NCBI GenBank assembly: GCA_963703315.1
Contig: OY969811.1
Coordinates: forward strand, 3,520,001 to 3,584,000
Direction: 5' to 3'
DNA from: an uncultured cyanobacterium
Lineage (GTDB): Bacteria; Cyanobacteriota; Cyanobacteriia; Pseudanabaenales; Pseudanabaenaceae
Length of the DNA: 64,000 bases
The notes below the pieces were generated by a model. The model was not told where the DNA came from and did no database searches. It saw only the letters and a list, made by a program, of their open reading frames with translations. A program made the position numbers and the translations under genes. Each line of letters opens with the position of its first letter. The first letter of the stretch is position 1. This document shows, piece after piece, positions 1-10,159 of this stretch.

Positions 1-156
1 GACGGGATAGCGATCGCCATGCGATCGCAACCAAGCCCGACGGCTCTCGACCGAAATCGGTTCGAGGTCAGCAGTAGCTAGGCGGCTAGGAATCGCCGCA
101 TTATAAATTTCCACAATTGCTGGTAAATCTGCCTCTACTGCCAACCGAATTTGCAT
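1..156 (-). CDS. GNAT family N-acetyltransferase (phosphinothricin acetyltransferase-like), N-terminal part, runs off window edge
   Basis: Read by hand on minus strand from ATG at 156: MQIRLAVEADLPAIVEIYNAAIPSRLATADLEPISVESRRAW, typical YncA/Pat-like N-terminus. Confidence 0.8.
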   Translation of the reverse strand, partial: MQIRLAVEADLPAIVEIYNAAIPSRLATADLEPISVESRRAWLRSHGDRYPV

Positions 157-167
157 ACTCTCTTCCC

Positions 168-218
168 AGTCAATAATTGTTGGTGCGGGGCTTCGCCCCG
201 CACCAACAATTATTGACT
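168..218. repeat. Perfect REP-like hairpin
   Basis: agtcaataattgttggtgcggggc-ttc-gccccgcaccaacaattattgact, 24-bp arms. Confidence 0.9.
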
Positions 219-281
219 TTACTACAAATTATAACTATCAAAAGAGAGTGGTGACGCATAGCCTCACTACTCTCTTTTGAT

Positions 282-432
282 TAGGACTTACGCAATAGCC
301 CTGTAATAAATTACGGGCTGAAAGCTTAAACCCGTTGAAACGGGTTGATCGGAGGTCGCTTTTTAGTCCGCTTTAGCTGACTTTAGCTTTGAGCCAAGAA
401 CTTTAGTTCTTGGTTGGTTTGCGTAAGTCCTA
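282..432. mobile_element. MITE-like element with taggacttacgcaa terminal inverted repeats enclosing a REP-doublet core
   Basis: 14-bp perfect TIR (282-295 / 419-432); core 299-415 matches reverse complement of 8057-8169. Confidence 0.75.
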
Positions 433-533
433 TTGATATCAGCCATATAGCTAAAAGTCTCATGAGATGCAAAGCATAGCTGAGACTTTTTCAAGTATTG
501 ATATATGATTGAGAGAATACTTATCTGCTAGTT

Positions 534-1334
534 ATGGAATTATTTGCTGGGTTACTCACGACAGTTCTAGGGATAGCGGGCGCACCAGGAATCGCGATTG
601 ATAAAATTGCTACAGATTTCTTGCGTGGTCAGATTGTGCGAGCAGATGTCCTAGAGGTACGAGTTGATAATGCTCCTAACTATCAGGTTCTCTTAGGAAA
701 TGTCGATCGCATCCGTGTTGCAGGTCGTGGCGTGTATGTTTTAGAGTTTCTCCGAATTGATGAAGTTGATCTGGAAACTGATCCGATCAGCATTGATCCA
801 AATGTGTTGCAATCGGGCAAGGTGGTTTTGCGTCGTCCGTTACAGGCTGCGGTAAGAGTGATCATGCGTTCCGAAGATATCAATACCGCCTTGCGATCGC
901 CAAATGTACAACCTTCTTTTAAAAATCTGAGTATTGATATTAGTGGTTCTAGTCAAAGTAAGCCCGAAATATTTGATCTAGTCAATCCAGAGGTAACTTT
1001 TTTAGCAGGCGATCGCCTCCGTCTTTCGGCATCGCTTCAGTCCCAACCAACACCACTAAAGCCTCAGCCTAACAAGCTAAATGTATCAGTGAATGCAGAA
1101 TTGAAGACTGTCGGTGGGACAAGACTGCAAATTGTCAATCCAAAAATTGAATTGGAAGGAACTCCTGTCCCCGATCGCATTGCCAAAGCTTTTGCTGATG
1201 GCTTGAATAAGGTTTTAGATTTGCGTCAACTAGAAAGTAGAGGCGTGACGGCGCGAGTCTTAAAACTGGAACTTACTGAGGGGAAAATGCAAATGATCGG
1301 TTTTGCGAAAATGGACTCCCTTCCAGAAAACTAG
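534..1334 (+). CDS. DUF2993 / LmeA-like family protein
   Basis: N-terminal hydrophobic segment, VRVDNAPNYQVLLG and DLETDPI motifs typical of cyanobacterial DUF2993 proteins. Confidence 0.7.
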   Translation: MELFAGLLTTVLGIAGAPGIAIDKIATDFLRGQIVRADVLEVRVDNAPNYQVLLGNVDRIRVAGRGVYVLEFLRIDEVDLETDPISIDPNVLQSGKVVLRRPLQAAVRVIMRSEDINTALRSPNVQPSFKNLSIDISGSSQSKPEIFDLVNPEVTFLAGDRLRLSASLQSQPTPLKPQPNKLNVSVNAELKTVGGTRLQIVNPKIELEGTPVPDRIAKAFADGLNKVLDLRQLESRGVTARVLKLELTEGKMQMIGFAKMDSLPEN

Positions 1335-1342
1335 TTGAGATT

Positions 1343-3232
1343 ATGAGTCAGTGCCTAAATCCTAGCTGCAACTATCAAAATCCAGAGCAATCTCCAAAGT
1401 TGAACTTCTGTCAACAATGCGGCTCTAAATTAAAAATAGGCGATCGCTATCGAGCTATTCGGATTCTCGGACAGGGCGGATTTGGCAAAACTTTCATTGG
1501 CATTGACGAAGCTCTTCCGTCTTGTCCTACCTGTGTCATTAAACAATTTTTTCCCGCCGATCTTGGCAGTGTTGATAAAGCAGCAGAGCTATTTCAACAG
1601 GAAGCGATTCGACTGGATGATTTAGGGAAACATCCGCAAATACCGACATTATTTGCCCATCTTGAGCATGAGGGTAAACAATATCTAGTCCAAGAATTTA
1701 TAGATGGACAGGATCTGCTGAAGGAACTCCGAGAACAAGGGGCTTTTAGTGAAGCGAAGATTAGGCTGTTGTTGTCAGATTTATTGCCAATTTTGCAATT
1801 TATTCACGATCGCAATGTCATCCACCGTGATATCAAACCTGAAAATATTATTCGCCGCCGATTTCCCAGTGGATCGGGATCTGTGGCGGCGGGTAGTCAT
1901 GTATTAGTCGATTTTGGTGCAGCAAAATTTGTGACGGCTACAGCGATGATGGAGACAGGAACCAGAATTGGTAGCGCTGTTTATGTTGCCCCAGAACAGG
2001 TCAGAGGGAAGGCAATCTTTGCGAGTGATCTCTATAGTCTCGGTGTGACCTGTATTCATCTGCTCACAAATGTTTCACCCTTTGAACTAATGGATATGGA
2101 TGGAACTTGGATCTGGCGTAATTTTTTAGGCAATGGTTCTATTAGTCCCGTTTTGGGGCAAATTCTCGATCGCCTGATTGCATCGGCTCCAAGTCAGCGC
2201 TATCCGACTGCTCAAGTAGTTTTAAATGATCTAAAAAATCTCAATTCGCCTTCCCATCAATCCTATAAGCCCAGCTTTCAAAGAGCAGGTTATGGAAAAT
2301 CAACTGCGAAAACCCAGATTACACCAATCACTCAGCCTACGCCTAAATTGCTCCCCGCGATCGCCCCTCAACTATCACAGTTTTCCTTTGAGATGGCGAC
2401 AGTAACCGTTAATCGGATTGGGATTGGCAAGTTTGCCAAGACTCAATTGCAAATTAATACAAAACAAAAGATCGGACGTTGCTATTGCGAGACTCTAGGT
2501 AATATTCAAGGTAAACCGATTAGTTTAGAGTTGGTTTATATTCCCGCAGGCAAGTTCACAATTGGTTCTCCCATTAGTGAAAGCGATCGCAGTAACGAAG
2601 AGAGTCCGCGTCATATTGTGAATGTACCGTCCTTCTTTATGTCACGATTTCCGATTACCCAAAAGCAATGGAAAGTCCTAATGGATAATAATCCTGCGAT
2701 TTTTATTGGTAACGGCGATCGCCCTGTGGAAAATGTATCGTGGGACGATATCCAACTTTTTTGTAAAACCTTAATTGCCCGCACTGGTAGACCTTACCGT
2801 TTACCGAGTGAAACCGAATGGGAATATGCCTGTCGCGCAGGAACCCTGACTCCTTTTTGCTTTGGCGAAACGATCGCTGCTAATTTAGCTAACTACAACG
2901 GCGCAAGTCCTTATCAATATGCGCCTCAAGGTATCAGTAATTCCTGTACTACTGAAGTGGGTAGCTATCCTGCTAATGCCTTTGGGTTGCATGATATGCA
3001 TGGCAATGTCTGGGAATGGTGTGAAGATGTTTGGCATGATGATTATGATCTCTTGCCCAAGGACGGCACTGCATGGACGCAAGGGGGCGATCGCAGTTGT
3101 CGGGTCGTGCGTGGTGGTTCATGGCGCGATCCTGCCCATTATTGTCGCTCTGCGAAGCGTTATCAAAATGCTGCTAACCAAGGCGATCGCACCACAGGTT
3201 TTCGTGTTGCCGTTACTTTCGCAGTCAAATAA
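1343..3232 (+). CDS. Ser/Thr protein kinase with N-terminal Cys4 ribbon and C-terminal FGE-sulfatase (SUMF1) domain
   Basis: CLNPSC..CQQCG; LGQGGFG, HRDIKPEN, DFG; RLPSETEWEYACRAG, GLHDMHGNVWEWC, RGGSW, GFRV. Confidence 0.93.
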   Translation: MSQCLNPSCNYQNPEQSPKLNFCQQCGSKLKIGDRYRAIRILGQGGFGKTFIGIDEALPSCPTCVIKQFFPADLGSVDKAAELFQQEAIRLDDLGKHPQIPTLFAHLEHEGKQYLVQEFIDGQDLLKELREQGAFSEAKIRLLLSDLLPILQFIHDRNVIHRDIKPENIIRRRFPSGSGSVAAGSHVLVDFGAAKFVTATAMMETGTRIGSAVYVAPEQVRGKAIFASDLYSLGVTCIHLLTNVSPFELMDMDGTWIWRNFLGNGSISPVLGQILDRLIASAPSQRYPTAQVVLNDLKNLNSPSHQSYKPSFQRAGYGKSTAKTQITPITQPTPKLLPAIAPQLSQFSFEMATVTVNRIGIGKFAKTQLQINTKQKIGRCYCETLGNIQGKPISLELVYIPAGKFTIGSPISESDRSNEESPRHIVNVPSFFMSRFPITQKQWKVLMDNNPAIFIGNGDRPVENVSWDDIQLFCKTLIARTGRPYRLPSETEWEYACRAGTLTPFCFGETIAANLANYNGASPYQYAPQGISNSCTTEVGSYPANAFGLHDMHGNVWEWCEDVWHDDYDLLPKDGTAWTQGGDRSCRVVRGGSWRDPAHYCRSAKRYQNAANQGDRTTGFRVAVTFAVK

Positions 3233-3368
3233 AACCCCAAAGCCTGTGGCGCACGCGGAGCGTGCGCCACAGGCTTTGGGGTTTTATATTTATAGCTGTC
3301 GCCAGTCTTGGACATAAACCCAAAAAGTGAGTGGCGGCGCTTCGCGCCGCCACTCACTTTTTGGGTTT
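3229..3368. repeat. Two long REP-like hairpins between convergent genes (possible bidirectional terminator)
   Basis: Perfect inverted repeats at 3229-3287 and 3316-3368, GC-rich apex with AT-rich base. Confidence 0.85.
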
Positions 3369-3385
3369 TATATTTAATTGCGTAC

Positions 3386-6300
3386 TTATTGATGAGATCT
3401 CACTTGCAGTAAGGCTTTTTCTAATTTGGCAAGGTCGATGGGTTTGCTGATGCAAGTATTTATGCCTATGGCTGCATATCGCTCTCGATCTTCTGGCAAC
3501 ACGTTTGCGGTCACAGCGATGATGTAAGGACGCGAGGCACGATCCCACTCTGCGACAATTCTTTGGGTTGCGGCGATTCCATCTAGTTGAGGCATTTGGA
3601 TATCCATTAAAATGACATCGTAGTGTCTTTCGCGTAGTTGAGCTATGACCTCTAACCCATTACGAGCAATGCTAGGTTCATATCCTAATCTTTGCAAAAA
3701 TTTCTGGATTAGTAATTGATTATATTGAATATCCTCTGCCACCAAAATGCTTAATGGCATATTTGAGGCTAACTTTACTTTATTGACGATCGCGGCTTCC
3801 TCCAGCACATGAATCATTTGCGAAGAATTGGATTCAGGAGTTAATAAAGCGATCGCTTCTTCTAAAGGTACACTCAGGGCTGGTTCTTGATTGTCGATTA
3901 ACAACTCAAAGCTAAAGGTACTACCCATACCAATCTGGCTGACAACGATGATTTCACCGCCCATTTTTTTAACTAGACTTTGGCTAATTGCTAAACCTAA
4001 CCCTGCACCTTGAGGTTTTGCTTCGGCTTTGCCTACCTGCTCAAATGGTAAAAATATCTTACTCATCTCTTCTGCGCTCAGCCCTACACCTGTATCGGCG
4101 ATCGCAAATCTAATTAGTTGCTTAGAAATGGCTTGGTGATCTGACTGACTCACAGTCACTGAAAAGGTAATCGTGCCAGTAGCAGTAAACTTAATGGCAT
4201 TGCCGAGCAGATTGAGGATGACTTGTCTTAACCGTTTTTCGTCAGCATAAATAGTTTCAGGGAGATTAGGATCAAAATAAGTAGTCAAGTTAAGATTCTT
4301 TTGGACAGCCTTGATGCAAATCATCCCCACTGTGACTTCTAGAAAATTTGCTAGAGATAATAGATTCGGCTCCATCTCCATTTTGTCGGCTTCAATTCTA
4401 GAAATGTCGAGCAGATCTTCAATCAGTGAGAGCAGATGTTCACCCGACTGACTGATAATTTCTAGATATTGTTGAGACTCAGGATTTAAATTAGGGTTGT
4501 CTTGGAGAATTTGAGAAAATCCCATGATAGAACTGAGAGGAGTTCGTAATTCATGACTGATATTACCTAAAAATATACTTTTAGCGCGGTTGGCAGTAGC
4601 ATAGGCAGTCATCGCTTTGGATAGTTCTTGATTTTTTGTAATTAATAGTTGTTTTTGCAGCTTGCGTTCAGTAATATCTTCGATCGCGATCAAAACCATT
4701 TTGCCAATATTACATTGATCAATTTGACAAGCATTGAGCAGCATTGTGCGTGTACCCAGCTTCACGAAGTTCTGCGTCACTTCATAGTCTTGGACAGAAA
4801 TATCCAACATTAGAATCTCATTTAATAGCGATCGCAATTTCGGAATATTCCAATCTCCATTCCCCAATGCAAAAATTGATTGTCCTTCCGTTTGATGCGG
4901 ATACATTTGAAAAATTTGATAAAAGGCGCGATTTGCGGTGATTACCTCTAGCTCAGCATTGAGTACTACTAAGGGCTGCCGTAAAGTCTCAATGATCGCT
5001 GTCGCATAATTGCGTGATGCCTCTAAGTCAATGGTGCTACGCTTGAGAGAATCAATATCAATTAAGCTAATTACGACTCCATCAATGCGATTGTCGGTAG
5101 TCCGATAGGGACGGATTCTCAGGCTATACCAATATCCTGAATGATCCTGTACATCCTGCTCATAGGGAATTAGATGGTCGATTACATCGGTCACCAAATT
5201 TCTAATATGCTGCACATCTAGATTAATCTGAATATCGCTAAAGGGTCGCCCGACATCACTAGGAATCAGATTAAATGCTTGCTCCGCCATTGGGGTAAAT
5301 CGGCGAATCCGCAAATCCCCTGACAGCATCAAAATCGGGATATTCACACTGCTGAGCAGATTTTGCATATCGTTATTGATTTGATGTAACTGTACATTGC
5401 GGCTGCGTAATTCATCATTAACAGTGCTTAATTCTTCATTAGTCGCTTGGATTTCTTCTTTAGCTGTTTCCAGTTCCTCATTAGCACTTTGCAACTCCTC
5501 ATTACTGGACAAGATCTCTTCGCCAGCCACTTTCAGGTCTTGGTTATTAGCTTCTTGCGTCTCAATGATCGATCGCAAATATTCCTTAGTTTTCTCTAGC
5601 TCATGGGTGAGCCGTACTACTTCCATATCGACTCTATTCGCTTGGGCTTTGCGAGATTTGACCATGGCATTCACATTTGCAGGTGAGAGCATGATGGGCA
5701 TAGGACGACTCTCAAATAGCACTAAAAAGAACTGCTCGCTATTTGATTTTAAGGGAATCACATCCAGTCTGACCAGAAGCCCTTGCTGCATCTCAATTCC
5801 ATCTCTAGAGATCGGCAAATCTTCTTTTTTGGCATTGTATACCGCCGCTTGCAACTCTATTCGCAATTCTACCCGCGCCATTTTTAGCAAATTTAGGCTC
5901 GCTTTCCCGGGAGATGGTTCGAGATAGAGGCTAGTCTGTCCTCGAAATTGCAAAATCTCTAACTCGGAGTTAATCAGCACCCCCACAGGGGCATACCGAC
6001 TTAGTACGACCTGATCGGCTAACTGTTCTAAATTGGTTTCCACAGGGTCTTCTTTATATTTGGCTAAATTGACAGGCTCTCTCTTATATGTACTTTTGAC
6101 AAAGTTAAAATGCATCCGTGACGGTGTGAGTTTGCTCTTATAAATGCGATTCTTTTTGTCAACGCTCGCAAACAAATCTCCCGCATTGCCAATCCCCTCC
6201 GCACTACCCAACATCAAAAAACCATCGACATTCAGTGCATAGTGAAAAATCGGCATCACTTTTTTCTGAAGCACAGGTTCTAGGTAAATGAGCATATTGC

Positions 6301-7657
6301 GGCAACTGATCAGATCTAGTCGCGAAAATGGTGGATCGCTAGTCAAATTTTGCCGCGCAAACACGCATAACTCTCTGACTATTTTGCCAATCTGATAACC
6401 TCCTTTGACAGGTGTAAAAAAACGCCGTAATCTTTCTGGAGAGACATCTACCAGCAAATTCTGCGGATAAATCCCCAATCTTGCCTTGTCGATTACGTTG
6501 TCACTAATATCGGTCGCAAAAATCTGAATGGGATTTTTAATCGGATGATCGGCAAAGAATTCTAATAAACTAATCGCGATCGAATATACTTCTTCACCCG
6601 TAGCGCAACCTGCTACCCAAATCCGAATTGGCTCATCCGATGATTTGTGTTGACAAATTGCAGGAAATACCAATTCTTGTAAAGCTCTAAAAGAGTCAGG
6701 ATCACGAAAGAAGCTAGTCACATTAATCAAAATGTCATTGTATAGGGCTTTAACTTCGCTAGGATGCTCTTGCAAATATGTGGCATAGTCTTCTAGTTTT
6801 GATAGATTAAGCAAACTCATACGGCGCAGAATCCTGCGTCTGATTGTACCTTGTTTGTAGTTGCGAAAGTCTGCTCCCATCGCATTTTGCAACAGTTCAA
6901 AGATGATTTGCAAAGTATCTGGATTTTCTGCAAAAACTAATACTGATTGGTCATCAGGTTCATAGATAGTAATTGCAGTAGTCATTGCACTATCGCTATT
7001 GCTCCCCTCATCACTTTCTCTTTTGCCGAGGCTAATATTTACTAGTTCCGCCGCAATTTCCAAAGGCGACAGCACAAAATCTACATAGCCCGAAGCGATC
7101 GCAATCATTGGCATGGTCGGAAATTCCGATGAGGCAAGATCTTGAGCAAAGGTAGTTCCCCCCGCCGCCTTAATTTCTCCTAAGCCGACAGTGCCATCTT
7201 CATTGTTTCCCGATAAAATGACGGCGATCGCCTGATCTCCGCGATCGATGGCAAGAGAACTAAAAAATCCATCAATCACCATATACTTTCCACGCACCTG
7301 CTGGCGAGGTTCTAGCCTCAAGATTCCCTGCTCTATCGTCATTAAAGTGTTCGGCGGAATGGTATATACAGAATTGGGCATGATTTTCATCCCTTCCTCT
7401 GCTTCATTCACAGGCATTTGCGTAGTATTTCGCAAGATTTCACTTAACTGGCTATCATATTGAGGCGATAAATGCTGCACCAACACAAAGCCCATACCTG
7501 TATCTTCTGGTAAGTTTTGTAGTAATTGTGTAAATACTTCTAATCCACCTGCTGACGCACCAATGCCGACAATTAAAAAATTCTGGTGCAAATCTGGCTC
7601 TGAGTCTATTTCAGAGAAGCTAGATGCATCTAAATTTGAGTTTGGCTCATAAATCAT
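3386..7657 (-). CDS. CheB/CheR fusion hybrid sensor histidine kinase (CheB-CheR-coiled coil-PAS-HisKA-HATPase-REC)
   Basis: GASAGG/VQHL CheB; INVTSFFRD, RIWVAGCATGEE, CRNMLIY CheR; ISHELRTPL, NLLGNAIKFT, GAGLGL; LMDIQMP receiver. Confidence 0.93.
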   Translation of the reverse strand: MIYEPNSNLDASSFSEIDSEPDLHQNFLIVGIGASAGGLEVFTQLLQNLPEDTGMGFVLVQHLSPQYDSQLSEILRNTTQMPVNEAEEGMKIMPNSVYTIPPNTLMTIEQGILRLEPRQQVRGKYMVIDGFFSSLAIDRGDQAIAVILSGNNEDGTVGLGEIKAAGGTTFAQDLASSEFPTMPMIAIASGYVDFVLSPLEIAAELVNISLGKRESDEGSNSDSAMTTAITIYEPDDQSVLVFAENPDTLQIIFELLQNAMGADFRNYKQGTIRRRILRRMSLLNLSKLEDYATYLQEHPSEVKALYNDILINVTSFFRDPDSFRALQELVFPAICQHKSSDEPIRIWVAGCATGEEVYSIAISLLEFFADHPIKNPIQIFATDISDNVIDKARLGIYPQNLLVDVSPERLRRFFTPVKGGYQIGKIVRELCVFARQNLTSDPPFSRLDLISCRNMLIYLEPVLQKKVMPIFHYALNVDGFLMLGSAEGIGNAGDLFASVDKKNRIYKSKLTPSRMHFNFVKSTYKREPVNLAKYKEDPVETNLEQLADQVVLSRYAPVGVLINSELEILQFRGQTSLYLEPSPGKASLNLLKMARVELRIELQAAVYNAKKEDLPISRDGIEMQQGLLVRLDVIPLKSNSEQFFLVLFESRPMPIMLSPANVNAMVKSRKAQANRVDMEVVRLTHELEKTKEYLRSIIETQEANNQDLKVAGEEILSSNEELQSANEELETAKEEIQATNEELSTVNDELRSRNVQLHQINNDMQNLLSSVNIPILMLSGDLRIRRFTPMAEQAFNLIPSDVGRPFSDIQINLDVQHIRNLVTDVIDHLIPYEQDVQDHSGYWYSLRIRPYRTTDNRIDGVVISLIDIDSLKRSTIDLEASRNYATAIIETLRQPLVVLNAELEVITANRAFYQIFQMYPHQTEGQSIFALGNGDWNIPKLRSLLNEILMLDISVQDYEVTQNFVKLGTRTMLLNACQIDQCNIGKMVLIAIEDITERKLQKQLLITKNQELSKAMTAYATANRAKSIFLGNISHELRTPLSSIMGFSQILQDNPNLNPESQQYLEIISQSGEHLLSLIEDLLDISRIEADKMEMEPNLLSLANFLEVTVGMICIKAVQKNLNLTTYFDPNLPETIYADEKRLRQVILNLLGNAIKFTATGTITFSVTVSQSDHQAISKQLIRFAIADTGVGLSAEEMSKIFLPFEQVGKAEAKPQGAGLGLAISQSLVKKMGGEIIVVSQIGMGSTFSFELLIDNQEPALSVPLEEAIALLTPESNSSQMIHVLEEAAIVNKVKLASNMPLSILVAEDIQYNQLLIQKFLQRLGYEPSIARNGLEVIAQLRERHYDVILMDIQMPQLDGIAATQRIVAEWDRASRPYIIAVTANVLPEDRERYAAIGINTCISKPIDLAKLEKALLQVRSHQ

Positions 7658-8036
7658 TAGCTTCTCTTTTTGGATATTTGAATCGATAAGTTAGTTCATT
7701 ATAAGAAACCTAATAAATATACAGATCCCTGACTTTTTCTCGTCACGCAAAAACTATTTGCCAATTCACAAAAAAATTGGGACTCTTAAAACCTATACTT
7801 TTTAAGTTTTCTGATGACTAGCTACTTTGAATCCATAATAACATACTTTCACTAAAAACTCATTAAATTTAATAATTTCTTTGATCCCCAGCCCCTACAT
7901 CTTGATATATCACTATAAAAATTCATTTAATCTAACAATTTCTGTAATCTCAATAATCCACCACACTGCCCCCGCAAAAAAATCATTTAAATAAGAATAT
8001 ATTTAAGATCCCTGACTTTTTCTTTAAAAAGCTATG

Positions 8037-8199
8037 GTGTACACACAAGTCACGAAAACCAAGAACTAAAGTTCTTGGCTCAAAGCTAAAGTCAGTTGAA
8101 ACTGACTAATTCCTAAAACCCAACCCGTTTCAACGGGTTTTAGCTTTCAGCCCGCAATTTATTGCAGGGTATTTAGGGAATTTAGACTTGTGTGTACAC
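8037..8199. mobile_element. MITE-like element with gtgtacacacaagtc terminal inverted repeats enclosing a REP-doublet core
   Basis: 15-bp perfect TIR (8037-8051 / 8185-8199); core homologous to 299-415 in opposite orientation. Confidence 0.75.
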
Positions 8200-8279
8200 G
8201 GCAGCCTTAAAAAGGGGAGAGAATTTTCTTCTTCCCCCTTTTTAAGTGGGATTGAGGGGGATCATTTAGTCACTAACAA

Positions 8280-8861
8280 TTAAGAGAGAATATCGCTTAC
8301 CTTAATTTCCACTGCTTCAACTACTCCACTTTTAATCAAAGCATCCCCTTTATAAATGGCTTCTTCATAAAAGCCTTCAACTAAAGATAAAACGGTAATC
8401 TGACTTCTAATTGGATCAACAATCCAATATTCAGCAATTCCTCTCGCCGCATACTCAGAACGCTTAAAGCGATAGTCTCGCGATTCATTTTCATGTCCAG
8501 CCGATACCACCTCGATCGCTACTAATGGCGGCGGCATATCGAAAGTAATCGTTCCCCTTGTGGTAGTTTCTAGCGCAATTCGGCATTCTTCGCCCAAGAT
8601 TAATAAATCAGGAATCCTAACCTTAGCTCTACGTCCAGTTACTTCAATGCAAACTTCTTTGTAAGCTAACAGATGAGAGGGAATGAACTTCACTAAAGCA
8701 AATAACATTCTTCTAGATACATCAGAGTTAAAAACTGATTCTGGCGGCATTAAAACTAATTCTCCATCCACTAGCTCATAGCGATTTTCAGTGCCATCGT
8801 CATAGGCATAGTAATCTTCAAAGGAGAGATACTTGACTTGTGGCGGAGTAGTTTGAACCAT
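8280..8861 (-). CDS. Uma2 family (DUF820) putative restriction endonuclease
   Basis: [41 protein letters not shown]. Confidence 0.92.
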   Translation of the reverse strand: MVQTTPPQVKYLSFEDYYAYDDGTENRYELVDGELVLMPPESVFNSDVSRRMLFALVKFIPSHLLAYKEVCIEVTGRRAKVRIPDLLILGEECRIALETTTRGTITFDMPPPLVAIEVVSAGHENESRDYRFKRSEYAARGIAEYWIVDPIRSQITVLSLVEGFYEEAIYKGDALIKSGVVEAVEIKVSDILS

Positions 8862-8894
8862 GCATCTAATTCCATTCGCTTAGTACATATTACG

Positions 8895-8939
8895 CTAAAA
8901 CTTGAGTTGCGGTGCGAAGCACTGCAACTCAAGTTTTAG
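8895..8939. repeat. REP-like hairpin / terminator downstream of the kinase gene
   Basis: ctaaaacttgagttgcggtgc-gaa-gcactgcaactcaagttttag. Confidence 0.75.
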
Positions 8940-8942
8940 GTT

Positions 8943-10127
8943 TTACTTACCTGATGCAATAATTTTACGCATAACTGACTCTTGAGCTTCAATGCTCTCT
9001 AGTAAACGAAACTGAACTAGCGATCGCTGTAAATTGTGTTCAGGATACTGAATGTGAAAATAAACATTTCCTGCTAAATAATCTGTAAAAAAACGCAAGC
9101 CTAACTCAAAGGTAATCACCCGCACTGCATCGTAAATATAGGCATAGTCATATTCCGTTAAAAACGATCGCGCGATCGCTAAATATCCCTGTAAAATCCC
9201 TTCACAGAGTTCCGTATCAAATACCACGCTTTCCCATTGTTCGGCATCTTCACCCAGAGGATTGCAAGCCGATCGCAAACAATCACCGATATCGTAATGC
9301 ACTAGTCCTGCTTTGATCGTATCTAAATCAACTACACTCAGCGCCAAATTAGTTTGGCGATCAAACAAAATATTATTCACTTTGGGGTCGCCATGCATAG
9401 TTCTCAAAGGTAATTTCCCTGCCGCCTTCGCATCTTCTAAAAGATATGCCAAACCCTTGTGATCATCGATCAATCTCAAACAATAATCGACTTCAGGCGA
9501 TCGCTTGATCATTTGCTTGCTAATTTCCTTGTCAAGAATTTCCTCATATTGCTGTAAATAGCGTGGCGTAATGTGAAACCCTTCGAGAGTGTCAAATAAT
9601 TGCTCTGGTGCTAAATCACTCGTCAAGTGATGAAATATCCCCAGTGCATAGCCAACTTCTTGGGCTTGTTCTCTATTCGTGATCGCATCAAAGGATTGCG
9701 AATTTTCAATAAAACTCAGCGATCGCCAAAATTCACCGCTATCAGTTTGCCAATGGTCTTTTCCCTGCTTGGTTAGTAACACTTGAGGAACTTCCCATTG
9801 GCGATCAAGAGGATGTTTGGCAAGGCGATCGCGCACATGATTGCTATAAATCAGCATATTTTGCATGACCATTTTTGGCTCACGAAACACATTGGTATTG
9901 ATGCGTTGTAAGACAAAATGCTTAGATTCTATACCTTGCAAAGTTACTAAAAAAGTATCATTAATATTGCCACTACCAAAGCTCTGAACGTTAGCAATCT
10001 GGGCTTGCTGGGTAAATTTGGCACTAATTTCTGTAAGCTGATTGATACTCTGATTTTGCTTAAATTTGTTAGTTTGATCCATGATTTCTGATAATATCGG
10101 AGCTAATAAATTGGTGCTGTCAACCAA
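8943..10127 (-). CDS. Aminoglycoside phosphotransferase-fold kinase, N-acetylhexosamine 1-kinase-like (start may be ATG 10082)
   Basis: GNINDTF, LQRIN, HGDPKVNN, DLDT, LRFFTDYLAGNVYF motifs. Confidence 0.8.
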   Translation of the reverse strand: MVDSTNLLAPILSEIMDQTNKFKQNQSINQLTEISAKFTQQAQIANVQSFGSGNINDTFLVTLQGIESKHFVLQRINTNVFREPKMVMQNMLIYSNHVRDRLAKHPLDRQWEVPQVLLTKQGKDHWQTDSGEFWRSLSFIENSQSFDAITNREQAQEVGYALGIFHHLTSDLAPEQLFDTLEGFHITPRYLQQYEEILDKEISKQMIKRSPEVDYCLRLIDDHKGLAYLLEDAKAAGKLPLRTMHGDPKVNNILFDRQTNLALSVVDLDTIKAGLVHYDIGDCLRSACNPLGEDAEQWESVVFDTELCEGILQGYLAIARSFLTEYDYAYIYDAVRVITFELGLRFFTDYLAGNVYFHIQYPEHNLQRSLVQFRLLESIEAQESVMRKIIASGK

Positions 10128-10159
10128 TTATTATTAACCGTCGCCTAATCAAAAATTGC

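Noticed and set aside
2919..3548. ORFs 2919-3317, 3163-3357 and 3354-3548
   Set aside because: They overlap real genes or run through palindromic repeats; the same peptide appears on both strands, indicating a hairpin artefact.
5397..5927. 176-aa plus-strand ORF
   Set aside because: Antisense shadow of the CheBR coiled-coil region, Ser/Leu-rich with no recognisable motifs.
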